Shown here: one piece after another, positions 12,551 to 24,820 of the stretch
Position numbering within the stretch: position 1 is the first letter of the stretch
Layout of the letters: each line of letters begins with the position of its first letter
Assembly (NCBI GenBank): GCA_964016885.1
Contig: OZ024740.1
Location: 141,422,001 to 141,486,000 of the forward strand
Length of the DNA: 64,000 nt
Source: Eledone cirrhosa
Lineage: Eukaryota
Direction of reading: 5' to 3'
Translations under genes and position numbers: made by a program
Notes under the pieces: generated by a model
Database searches by the model: none
The model's input: the letters and a program-made list of their open reading frames with translations, nothing else
What the model was told of the DNA's origin: nothing

Positions 12551-15189
12551 TTAAAGACCCATTCTACCCATGCAAGCATCTAAAATTGGATGTAAATTGA
12601 TTATGATGATACACACCCTGATACACATACATTCACACAAAAATACATATATATGTATATAAACAAACTTTATGTATCTATGCAAACATAGAAAAACAGA
12701 TGTAAAAATGATGATGACCAATGTATTTAAAACGTTCCAACATTAACTGATTGAGCACTCAATACAAGTGAGCAAAGTGTGAGATATATTTTCTGAAGAG
12801 AAAGGTGGCAGTGACTTTGGAATTTCAGTCACTGCATCATCTGACAGCAAAGTGGTTTCTTCATTTTGGCTATTTATATGTTTTAGTTCTGGTGTTGGAG
12901 TTTGTTTTTCATACTTATTAATGATAAGTTGGCAGGGGTGTCTGATGAGACTATGAATACACAAGAGTAATGAGACTCATTACTTAGCTATACTAATGAA
13001 TATTATTAAACTCTATTTTGGTACTGAGTACCCATTCCTGCATTCATCGACATTACACATACACATGGGTATATGGTAGTTAATAATGCATCTACAAAAC
13101 TAATGAATTAAAGAAAAACATTCTTTGAATGAGAACAAAGAAAACAATTCAGTAAAACAATGATTTAAGCTCAAGTGAAAAATAAAGGGGAAAAAATAGA
13201 GACACTCTAGGATAAAGATGACTCTTCAGTGTTGCTGAGTACATGGTGCTGGTGCCTCAATAAAATGCACCCAGTACACTCTTTGTAGTGGTTGGCATTA
13301 GGAAGGTCATCCAGCCACAGAAACCATATATGGAAAGTATGAGCAAGACACAGTTCTCCAACCAGTCTAGTGACAACTCGTCCAACACATGCTTGCATGA
13401 TGATGATAATTATATTAAAAAATGAGGCTTTCATATAATAGATATCTATATAATAAACACATTTATTAAATTGCACACATCAATATATGATGATAGGACT
13501 GGGACTTCCATAATTAAAATACTCAAAAGACCGCCTATGAGATGCAACTCCATAGAATTCAGCTACAGAGGTATGAACCATAAAAACGTCATTATATCAC
13601 AAACAAAATGAGAAAAAAAAAATAAAAAAAAAATTAATTTACAGCTCAAGCCTATGCAAGTTTCACTGGCCTCCTATGAGGTTTCTTGGGTGTTTTAACG
13701 ATAAGGGGTCCCATTCCTATCACGAAAAGCAACATGAAATGAAGTGTCTTGCTCAAGAACAAAATGTTCTCCAAAGTCCAGGACTGAAACCTACAGCTGT
13801 ATCAAGAGTTCATCATCTTAACTACTAGGCTATGTGCATTCATATCATTATATAAGTTTCCAGATTAAAATATATGGATGTAAAACTGATGATGATGATG
13901 ATGAAGACTATCAAACAGGAACTAATGGAAGTGTGCAATTCATTGATAACTATATGAAAGACACACCTATCATTGATATACCTTTAAACATTCAGTAATG
14001 GATAGAGAGGCTTTTTTTCTTCTTTCTTTTATAAATACATTTATTTTTCTTCTCTCATAAACTGTGTTATCTTTTATAACTGCAAACAATGGCTTGCTTC
14101 ATCAAATATTTATTATTTTGAAGGAAAATCTAACATACAAGTCCGTGAGTCAGTGCAACACTGTGAAAGCAAGTGATAAGAAATCGTTATTAAATCGAAT
14201 GTTCAATGTTTCGATTATGTAGTCCAGTGGTTACCTATTAACATATTGTAATTTTCTTAGAAAAATATGTTTTTTGTTTGCAGTAAATGTTGTACTGTGG
14301 TCCTCTGCCTCTGACTTATCATATGCAATGTTATAGACCAATAACTCCTCATGTAGTCATAGTGCACTGTTGTGACATACAGTGTCTTTTTGGCATTTTT
14401 AAACCAAGCAGAGCACATCCCTCTCCAGACTGGATCATAGCTGATTTTTCCAGAGGAGGGAAAGGGATTGAGAAAAGGGAAGTAGGAAAGAAATATTGAA
14501 GAAGGATCGACCTTGAAAGGCAAAGTTGACCTAGGAGGGATTTGAATTCAAAGCACAGAAGGGCAGAACTAATATTACATATCATTCTATCTGATGTTCC
14601 AATGTCTTATATAGGCTTCCAAATGTGTGAAGCTTTTATATATTGTGGATTAAACCTACTACCTAAGTAGGCCACAGTAGGATTTGAACTCAGAATGCAA
14701 ATAGCTGGAAAAATACCCCTCGAGCCAAGACAGCTTGTCTGCTACTCTAACAATTCCACCAAGTCACCATCCCTGACTAGTATTTTATTTTATTGTTAAC
14801 AAAAAGATGAAAGGCAAAGTTGACCTCAGCAGGTGTTGAACTTGGAGAGCAGTAAGTCAAAACAAACACTGCCAGACATTTTCTCTTTTGCTCTAACATC
14901 ATTATCTTCAATGTCATTAGCATTTTACAACTACTTTTCCATACTTGCAATGGGTTTGATGGGTCTTCTTCAGTACAGCATCTCTCCACTCATTGTGTTT
15001 CTTTGCCCTCTGCTCTGTGAAGTTCAGGTTTTGTGATCAAATTCACTGCCAAATTTCTGTTGATTTTACTGTTCTATTTTTAAGAGACATACTCTTTGCC
15101 TGTACTAATCCCAATAATACAACATTATGTGTACCTTGTCATATTGAGAACCACTGCTATTTCAGTTACTTTGATTCAAAAGTGTTTCT

Positions 15190-15500
15190 ATATTTACATG
15201 AAGTGGGTATAAGGGAAACAGATGTGTGCAAGAGAGAAGACTGTGCTAGTATGGATATGTGATGCATATGGATGATGATTACTGGATGAAGAAGTGCTAT
15301 GAAATACTGGTGGAAGGAAGTTGCAATAGAGAAAGATCAAGGAGACCTAGGTAGACGTAGTAAAAGCAGATCTCAAAATGATGAATATTACAGAAGAGGT
15401 GACAAATAAAGACAACAAGCAGAAAGCTGTTGTGCTAAAAAAAGAGATGTTCAACCCATGCAATTATGGAAAGACATATTAAATGTTGATTATGATGATG
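15190..15500 (+). pseudogene. Old RTE LINE 3' fragment
   Basis: Degenerate QERRL..YGYVM.MDDD.WMKKC followed by the aacccatgcaa...gatgatg tail. Confidence 0.65.
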
Positions 15501-17824
15501 ACATGAATTTCCAGTTCTTCAAACTCAGTAATCATTTGTAAACATCTTCAAGTAGGTTAAAACATTAATTTTGAAATAGTGTGTGTCTTGGTTTGATCCG
15601 ACTATGTGACATCTTGGGCAAGTGCCTTCTACAATAGCCTTGAGATGACCCAAGACATGTGAGTGAAATTGGATAGATAGAAACAGAGTTGAAGTCCATC
15701 GGATGGTAAACTGAATCTGTTGCCCAGTTTAACATGAATATTTAGCCTCTCATCAGCCTTCAACTAAGTCACTTTTATGCAAACATTTCAACCAGGTTCT
15801 GGGCTGAATTGTGGATTTTTCCTCCTATCTCCCACCCTACCAGTTTTCATACTTTATGGATCAGGAAAAGTCTTATTCTGAATAATCTATATCTTCAAAC
15901 AGGCTACAAATAATTTCTTTCCATCTTGATTGTAGTGGTGATGAATTGTAAGGTGATGAATTAGCAAAGTCATTTGAGCATCAAATTAAATGCCATGTGG
16001 TATCTGTTCCAGATTTCTGCACTCTGAGTTCAAATCCTACTGAAGACAACTTTGTCTTTCACTCTTTCACAGTTGGAAATAAAGTACCAGTCGAGGTGGT
16101 GGATTTGTAAAATTGTCAGCACTAACTATTTTGGCTCTGTGAGTTCTCAGTTTATATCCTGTCTCTTTCCACTGGGAAAATGGTGACATGATAGAACTGG
16201 GGCTACCTATTATTAATATACTTGAGAAACCTTCTATGGGATGCAATCTCATAGGAGGCCAGTGAAATTGGTTCAGGTATGTGCTGTTAACAATAACAGC
16301 TTTATCCATTGTGGGCATTTAGGAGCACCCAAACACTTGACCTTTATGTTGGGCAAGTAAACCAAGGTGGAGATTATCCCATACCAATTTATACTCCTCA
16401 TAGAAGTTGATCTCAAGACTGCAAATTAATGAAAAAACTCACCAAATTCCTACTATTTTCACTGCTTTAACCCTTTCCTTACCATATTTCTATTGTAAAA
16501 TACTACTTATTATTTTCAAATAAATTTGAAAATAATCAAGAATTTGGAGGGATTTAATAATGATTCCTTCTATAAGCACAAGTTCAGTAACTAGGGGATG
16601 AGAAGAAAGTTGAATATATTGAACCCAGTACTTAACTGGTACTTTACTTCATTGACCTTAAAAGGATGAAAGGCAAAATTGACCATGGTGGGATTTTGAC
16701 TCAAAGTGCAGTGTACTGAAATGAATACTGTAAAGCATTCTACCACTCTGGAGGGATTTAACAATACAACTAACTTTCTCAATATTAAGTTGATGTCTGG
16801 AGCAAAATCTAATAAAAATTCTCTTAAAATTATGATGGAAGGCTTTTAGATAAATATAAACTCTTTGAAACAAATGACTTTGTACCATAGAATCAGAAGC
16901 TATTTCAGACAGTTAGTATCAGAAGGGTTAAAACAGTGAATCATATTATACAAAAGGTACCTATCTATGGATAGGCAGATAAAGAGTTATTGGTCTTTGC
17001 TATGAACACAATGTGGAACCAGTAACAAGACTGAACCTTCATCCCACTCTCCTGCCAACCCATTAGATGGTAGTGTGGAATCTTATTGACACAGCTAACT
17101 CTGATTAAACAGATATATAAACAAAGACATTCCAGCAGTGACAATCCAATGTTTTGAATATCAGGGACTATATTTCAATTAATTAATGAAGATTTTTGAG
17201 GGATTTACTAAAATTATTAATTATTTCATTACATATGGTTCTTATGTAAAATTATGTTGAAAGATTTTAATATAAATGGGATCTCTATAAAATGGGTGGT
17301 TTTCTTTCATAGAACCAAAGCCAGTGTGCACCAGGTTGATATCAAAATGGTTAAGCGAATTTGGTAGCTATTTCTAGCAGATTGAGTGACTAAGTTGCAG
17401 GCCAAGATAATAATTAAAAAGAAGTATATTAAAAAAGATTCTGCATTCAGTTGACCTACTTTTAAGGCATGCACACACGCATGCATGTGTGCATAGATGA
17501 GTGCACATACATGCATATATACATGTGTGAGCATACACACACAAAGATTATGCACCAGTAACCCATCCTTTAAATCAAATCAATAATTGCACCATCAACA
17601 GTTACAAGCAAAAACAATTACTAATCCACCTCCACTCCATACACACACACACAAACACCCACATATTGATGCATACATTCACAAACACATGCACAGATGT
17701 AGTCTGAGCCATAAACAACTAAATAAAACTCTCAATCTTGAAAAATAAATAGGAGAGAGGGGGGGGGGTAAAGAAGAGAGAAAGAGAGAGAATGAGAAAG
17801 AAGAATCCCAATTCTATTTGAAAT

Positions 17825-18001
<177 letters not shown>

Positions 18002-18114
18002 AAAGTCAGCTTCAAAGTAGCACAGAGGAGACTGAGGTTAGCTGGACATGCTCACCGACATCCAGTTGACACTATACTCAGTGCTCCAGAGGGACCCCCT
18101 GCATGGACACACTG

Positions 18115-18973
18115 GAAGGACAAAACCCTGATTCAATCAGGGAAATGGCCATGTTCGATATGCAGAAAAGGAACTGGCATAAATTCTATAAAATGCAAAC
18201 AATGCAGATCCTGGGTACACAAGAGATGTAGCGGGATAGCAGGCAAACTAACAGGTAGGGAGAAATATGTATGCAGTAGATGTACAGGGAAATTAGACAG
18301 TAGAAGTTGCATTGATAGACACATTTTTTAAATGCAGGCGGGCGCTATAGAAGTGGTGGATAGCTTCCGGTACCTAGGAGATCAGATTAGCATGGGAGGA
18401 GGGTGTTCCGAGGCCATAGTATCTAGAATAAGGACGGGTTGGAAGAAGTTTAGGGAGCTGCTTCCTCTGTTGACGAAGAAGGGTTTCTCCCTGTGTACGA
18501 AAGGCCGGTTGTATGATGCCTGTGTGAGGAGCGCGATGCTGCATGGTAGTGAGACATGGGCAGCAACTGCAGAGGATATGCGACGGCTGTAGAGAAATGA
18601 GGCAAGCATGCTCCGTTGGATGTGCAGTGTAAATGTGCGTGAACGACCCAGCATAAATGTGTTGAGAGAGAAACTGTGTCTGAGAGGGATAGAATGTAGT
18701 GTACGGGAGAGGAGACTGAGGTGGTATGGACATGTGATGCGCATGGAGGATGACCGATGGGTGAAGAAGTGCCAGGAATTGCCAGTTGAAGGAAGACGTG
18801 GTAGAGGTAGACCACGAAAAACATGGGCGGAGGTGGTGAGAACAGACCTCAGATCATTGAAGCTCATGGTGGAGATGACGAGGGACCGTGACGAGTGGAG
18901 AGATGCTGTGCTGAATAAGACCCGTCCCACCCTTGCAAGCAGGGAAAAGCGGACGTAAAATGATGATGATGAT
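18115..18973 (+). mobile_element. RTE LINE subfamily C, 3' fragment with PHD finger; the ORF runs to the terminus
   Basis: [12 protein letters not shown]...WVHKRC...[17 protein letters not shown] and GRPRKTW, with a frameshift and a stop. (GAT)n follows the stop codon directly. Confidence 0.9.
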
Positions 18974-18990
18974 ATATGTATATATATGTA

Positions 18991-19077
<87 letters not shown>

Positions 19078-19120
19078 GTATGTATGTATATATATATATG
19101 TATGTATATATATATATATC

Positions 19121-19284
19121 CACACTGTAAATGTGGTTGGTGTTAGGAAGGGCATCCAGTTGTGGAAAACCTGCCAGATATTCCTATACAAACGAGACAC
19201 GGTCACCCGACAAATCTTGCCTCAAGTGGGACAATTCTTGTCTAACCCATGCTAGCGTGGAAGATAGACGTTAAACGATGATGA

Positions 19285-19290
<6 letters not shown>
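19121..19290 (+). mobile_element. RTE/SINE 3' tail fragment; a longer relative is at 59915-60270 on the minus strand
   Basis: ggttggtgttaggaagggcatccag...aacccatgctagc...gacgttaaacgatgatg. Confidence 0.8.
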
Positions 19291-19322
<32 letters not shown>

Positions 19323-19526
19323 TCATCATCACTGTTTTACATCCATTATTCTACACTAGCATGGGTTAGACGGGTTGTCCTGATGTGGGCAGTGCCTGGT
19401 CGGCTGACCTTGTCTTGCTCATATGGGAACTGATTTATATATATATATATGTATTATTGTTTTTTACTTTTCCGTCTAACCCATGCTACCATGGAAAATG
19501 GACGTTAAACGAAGATGATGATATAT

Positions 19527-19557
<31 letters not shown>

Positions 19558-19720
19558 CAGTGAGAGAATATGCTCCGAAATCATTAGACGTATCCATCGA
19601 ACCTGCAGGTCCAGAATCAGACAGATCCACACAATGATCGCGTCTCGAGTTGTCCGCCGCCGAAACAATTGTAACACACAATAAATTGAGTTCAGATGCA
19701 TCACTGATTTTTCGTTTTCT

Positions 19721-19762
<42 letters not shown>

Positions 19763-19944
19763 TATGAAAAGAGTCAGGACCCTGACGGCTGAGCTCCAGC
19801 CGTTTTGACAGCTAGCTGTCGAAACGGCCGGAGCTCAGCTGTCGAGGTCCTGATTCTTTTCATATTACCCACTCTACTACCTTAAGTATTGAGTACTCTG
19901 GTGCGCTATGGTCCACCTAGTATCTTACCACACCTTTCGTGTTA

Positions 19945-20018
<74 letters not shown>

Positions 20019-20120
20019 TATATTCAAGAGATGGCAACATGAATGGACCTGTTCTTTTTCTCTAAAAACATTTTTCCCAATTCCACCCCGCTCACCCCTT
20101 CAATCTTTCTAATTTCTAAT

Positions 20121-20156
20121 TCTTCTGATGAAGGACTAGCGTCCGAAACGTTAAGA
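20121..20156 (+). ncRNA. Minimal type I hammerhead ribozyme motif (Penelope-type)
   Basis: TCTT-CTGATGA-A-GGAC-tagc-GTCC-GAAAC-GTT-AAGA: stem I TCTT/AAGA, stem II GGAC/GTCC, palindromic stem III. Confidence 0.75.
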
Positions 20157-20354
20157 CACTTTTTCTGCTATCTCAAGCGTTAACCTAATATATTCCTTCC
20201 ATATATATATATACACATATATATATATATAAATGCACACATACATATAAATATAAATACACACACACACATATATATATATAAATATATGTGTGCAAGA
20301 GACTAGATGAAGAGGAGAGACTGTTAGAGTCTTTGTAGGAAAAGTCAGTGCTAC

Positions 20355-23300
20355 AAATTTTTCTGGGTGGGAAATGACGATGGGATGGGTGGTGTAGGTA
20401 TGCTACTAGCTGACAAGTGGGTAGATAAAGTAATCTCAGTGTACAGGGTAAATGCAAGAATCATTAAACTAAGACTAGTCCTGAATAAAACAATTACCAC
20501 AATAATATCAGCTTATGCACCCCAATCGGGGCTGCCAGATGAACTTAAGGATAGGTTTTATGAGTCCCTAATGCACACTACTGCTCTAACAAACGACAAT
20601 GACTTCCTAATCATCGCAGGAGATTTTAACAGACACATAGGTAAACACTGTGACGGCTTCAATAGAGTCCATGGAGGCCACGGGGTTGGCACAATAAATG
20701 AAGAAGGATTCAGACTTCTAGAATTCTGCGACGCCAATGACATGTCGATATGTAACACAAACTTCAAAAAACCCGACAACCCCCTGTTCACCTATAGATC
20801 AGGGGAGTATTCTAGTCAGATAGATTTTATCCTCATCAGAGGACATGACAGATGGAGGGTCGTAAACACAAAAGCCTACCCTAGTGAGGAATGTACCTCC
20901 CAACATAGCTTAGTTGTCAGCGACCTCACGGTCAGAACTAGACGAACCTGGAAACAGAGGCCAACCTGGAGAAGAAAGATCTGGAAGCTGAAAGACCCCT
21001 CAGCCAGTAACAGATTTAAAGATATTTTACTCAACGCCTATGACAGTAAAGAAGAACAGATAGAGACATTCAATGTAGAAGAGCACTGGGAGTTCCTAAA
21101 AAATAACTTACTAGAGGCGACGGATGAGATCTGTGGCTGGAGTAAGACCACAAGCAGGAGGAGAGTGACTTGGTGGTGGAACAATAAGGTAGATGAAGCA
21201 GTTAAGGCCAAGAGACAGGCATGGAAAGAATGGAAGAATGGGGGGAGCAGGGTACATTACATAGAGACCAAGAAGGAAGCTAGGAGGGAAGCAGAGGATA
21301 GAAAATTCAAGCATGTCTTGCAACATGAGGACCAGAAACAGGAGGTGTTCAAGATTGCGAGGCAGTGTGTCAGAGAGAATTGTGATGTCATTGGAGAGAA
21401 GTGTATCCGGAATGATAAAGGTAAGCTTGCCCTCACAAGTGCTGAGAAGAAAGATGCATGGAAGAGCCATTATGATAGATTACTAAATGAGGAGAATGCA
21501 TGGGAAGAAGAGACCCTACCCCAAGTAGACCCTATAGAGGGGCCAGCAGTACAAGTCAGCAGCAGCGTAGTAAGTAAGGCAATCAAAGATATGAAAATGG
21601 GGAAGGCAACCGGTCCATCGGGTATAGCTGCCGAGATGCTGAAGGCATCTGGGTCTGTAGGTCACACTATAACCACACGTATTGTTAACCAGGTAATACT
21701 AGAAGGTGTCATACCAAAAGATTGTAGCATCATTGTCAACTACTACAAAGGTAAAGGTGATGCACTAGATAGAGGAAACTATAGAGGTATAAAGCTGATG
21801 GACCAGGTCATGAAAGTAACAGAAAGAGTTATAGCACAGTTGATTAGGGACTGGGTGAAACTAGATGAGATGCAATTTGGGTTTGTACCAGGAAGAGGCA
21901 CCACTGATGCCTCTTCCTTGTGAGGCAGTCACAGGAAAAGTACCTAGCTAAAAGTAAGCCACTCTACCTGGCATTCGTCGATCTCGAGAAAGCCTTTGAC
22001 AGAGTTCCACGTACTGTAATCTGGTGGGCTCTTAGAAAACTAGGAGTAGATGAATGGCTTGTGAAAGCTGTACAAGCCATGTATAGGGGATCAGTCAGCA
22101 AAGTTAGGATTAGCAATGAGTATAGCGAGGAATTTAGCGTACAGGTTGGTGTCCACCAGGGCTCTGTTCTTAGCCCTCTCCTGTTCATCATATCCTGCAG
22201 GCAATAACGGAGGAGTTTAAGACCGGATACCCATGGGAACTCCTGTATGCTGATGACCTCGCACTCATAGCTGAATCTATGGTAGAACTAGAGAAGAAAT
22301 TCCAAACTTGGAAGCAGGGACTAGAAAGAAAGGGTCTCAAAGTCAACATGACAAAGACTAAGGTCCTTGTAAGTAGACGAGAAAACAGAACCCAGATCCC
22401 CTCAGGGAAATGGCCTTGCTCAGTATGTAGGAAAGGTGTAGGTAGGAACTCCATTCTCTGCCCCAAATGCAAACAATGGGTACACAAGAGATGTAGCAGG
22501 ATCTCAGGAAGCTTAATTAAGAATGCAGGCTTCACATGTAGCAGCTGTGCTGAGACAGAAAGCAGCAAACAGCCATAGGAAACCAGTACCACCAATCTCT
22601 GGGAGGGCTCTGTAGAAACAGTAGACAGCTTCTGCTACCTAGGTGACCGAATTAGCAGCAGAGGTGGGTGTTCAGAAAGTACAATAACTAGGGTAAGAAC
22701 GGGATGGAAGAAGTTTAGGGAACTACTACCACTGCTAGCTGCAAAAGGCTTCTCCCTCAGAATGAAAGGCAGACTGTATGATGCGTGTATCCGAACAGCA
22801 ATGTTACATGGTAGTGAGACCTGGGCGCTGAAGGTGGAAGACTTACGTAGATTAGAAAGAAACGAAGCCTGCATGCTCCGATGGATGTGTAATAGTAATA
22901 TACGCGAACGACAAAGCATAAATGAATTGAGAGAGAGACTGAGCATAAGAGGAATCAAATGCTGTGTGCAGGAGAGGCGGTTGCGTTGGTATGGATATGT
23001 GATGCGTATGAAGGATGACAGCTGCATAAAAAGGTGCAGAGCACTAGAAGTCAATGGAAGCCGCGGAGTGGGGAGACCCAAGAAGACCTGGGATGAGGTG
23101 ATAAAAGCCGACCTTACCCAATTACACCTCTCAAAGGCGATGATACACGACCGTGAGCTCTGGCGTCACGCAGTAATACAGAGTACCCGACCTCCTATGG
23201 GTACAAGCTGTAGCATATAGACAATATGCCCCCACACCCCCCACTGCAAGGTGGTCGTGGAGGTGCCACGGCAAAAAAGCACCCAGCCCACACTGTAAAG

Positions 23301-23516
23301 TGGACGTGTAGGTGCCATGGAAAAAAGCACCCAGCACTCACTGTAAATGAGGTTGGTGTTAGGAAGGGCATCAAGCTGTAGAAATCAAGCCAAAATCAGT
23401 TGCTGTATGAGCAAGGCATGGTCAGCCGACCAGACACTGCCCACAACAGGACAACCCGTCTAACCCATGCTAGCATGGAAGAACGGACGTAAAACGGTGA
23501 TGATGATGATGATGAT
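20355..23516 (+). mobile_element. RTE LINE subfamily B, longest copy: partial APE endonuclease, RT, PHD, modular 3' UTR; disrupted
   Basis: ORF 20367-21923 has GVGMLL, SAYAPQ, AGDFN and SQIDFIL (APE), then the start of RT. Frameshifts near 21915 and 22190, a stop at about 22576, and a (GAT)n tail. Confidence 0.95.
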
Positions 23517-23889
23517 AAATACACACATATATATAAATACATTAGAGACAGAAGTGGCCGTTACAACTGCAAGTATGAACACGTAGTTTCACATCCTACA
23601 TTCATCAGTAACTAGATAGAATCAGGGAGCAGAAACAATTATTTATAACATTGAAGGATGTGTGATATGGCAAGGAGTGATTGTGATCTAGTAGGGGTGG
23701 TTGTGGGTCAATAAAAATAACTAACACAATCTGCGATCATGTTTCATCATAACCACCACCACCACTGACATCAACATCTATGCTCTTTCCATGCTTGCAC
23801 GGGTTGGGATGAAACTTTTTGAGGCAGGTTTTCTATGGCTGGATGCCCTTCCTCATGCTAACCTATACATTATTTTTTAAAGTATAGAA

Positions 23890-24310
23890 TCATATATGAA
23901 GAATATTGTGAATCAAAATGGAATGAGATGGCTGGGTTACATGTTGAGGAAGGATGAAAATGACCCTGTGAGAGGAGTGATGGTGATAGTGATGAATGTT
24001 ATGAAGAGAAATGGAACCAGATAGTTGGGTGATGCGTTGTGGAAGGATGAAAGTGATTGGGTGAAAAGAGTGGTGGGAATAGAGCCATTGATGAATGTTG
24101 TGAAGAGAAATGGAATGAGATGGTTGGGTGATGTGTTGAGGACGGATGACAGCGATTGTGTGAGAGCTGTGATGGAAATTAATGTGAAAGTTGAGGAAAG
24201 GAGAAGACCAAAACAAAAAACATGGCTAAAGATGATGGCAGAAGAAATGGAAGCTAGGGAGGTGGGTGAAGGGGATGAAGATGATAGGGTTAAATGGAGA
24301 AGCATGTCAT
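23890..24310 (+). pseudogene. Old RTE-type LINE C-terminal fragment with internal triplication
   Basis: NGMRWLGxVLR motif three times, followed by RRRPKQKTW. Confidence 0.6.
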
Positions 24311-24519
24311 AGGACCTTAAACACTTGTTTGTTTTAGATATATCACTTACATTAATTGAACAGTATGGAGGACATAAACAAATATCACCTTTATAAATAG
24401 TGTTGATGTGTTTTTTTTTCTGGAAATAGATATTCAGACTCACACACACATACAGTTGTAGGTACAAATGAAAGAAAACAGCAATCAACACATAATGTGG
24501 ATCTTGCCTCTCTAAGGCT

Positions 24520-24820
24520 ACAGTGCCACCTTTACACTACCATATATTTCCAGAGGAAATATATGGGCCTAACAGCCAATGAGTGAAAAAGTAGATTTAG
24601 CCAGCACATAACTCATTTAGGTGCAGGAACAAGAACTCTACTGCCCTGACCCTTTTTATATGGAGTCTCCATGACCAAAGGCACAACACCCCCAAGTTCA
24701 AATTGAGCATTCTGGACAGAGCCCCCATTTTGCAACAACCTGTGATATCCACCAACAGCAAAAATGACCTAACATTTTGCTGCCACCCGAGAAGAACTCT
24801 GTTAGCTAACTTCAAACCGG
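24520..24820 (+). pseudogene. Penelope-like GIY-YIG endonuclease remnant
   Basis: YMGLTANE*KSRFSQH...NSTALTLFIWSL...SILDRAP...CCHPRRTLLANF parallels the 42359-42799 protein. Confidence 0.7.
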
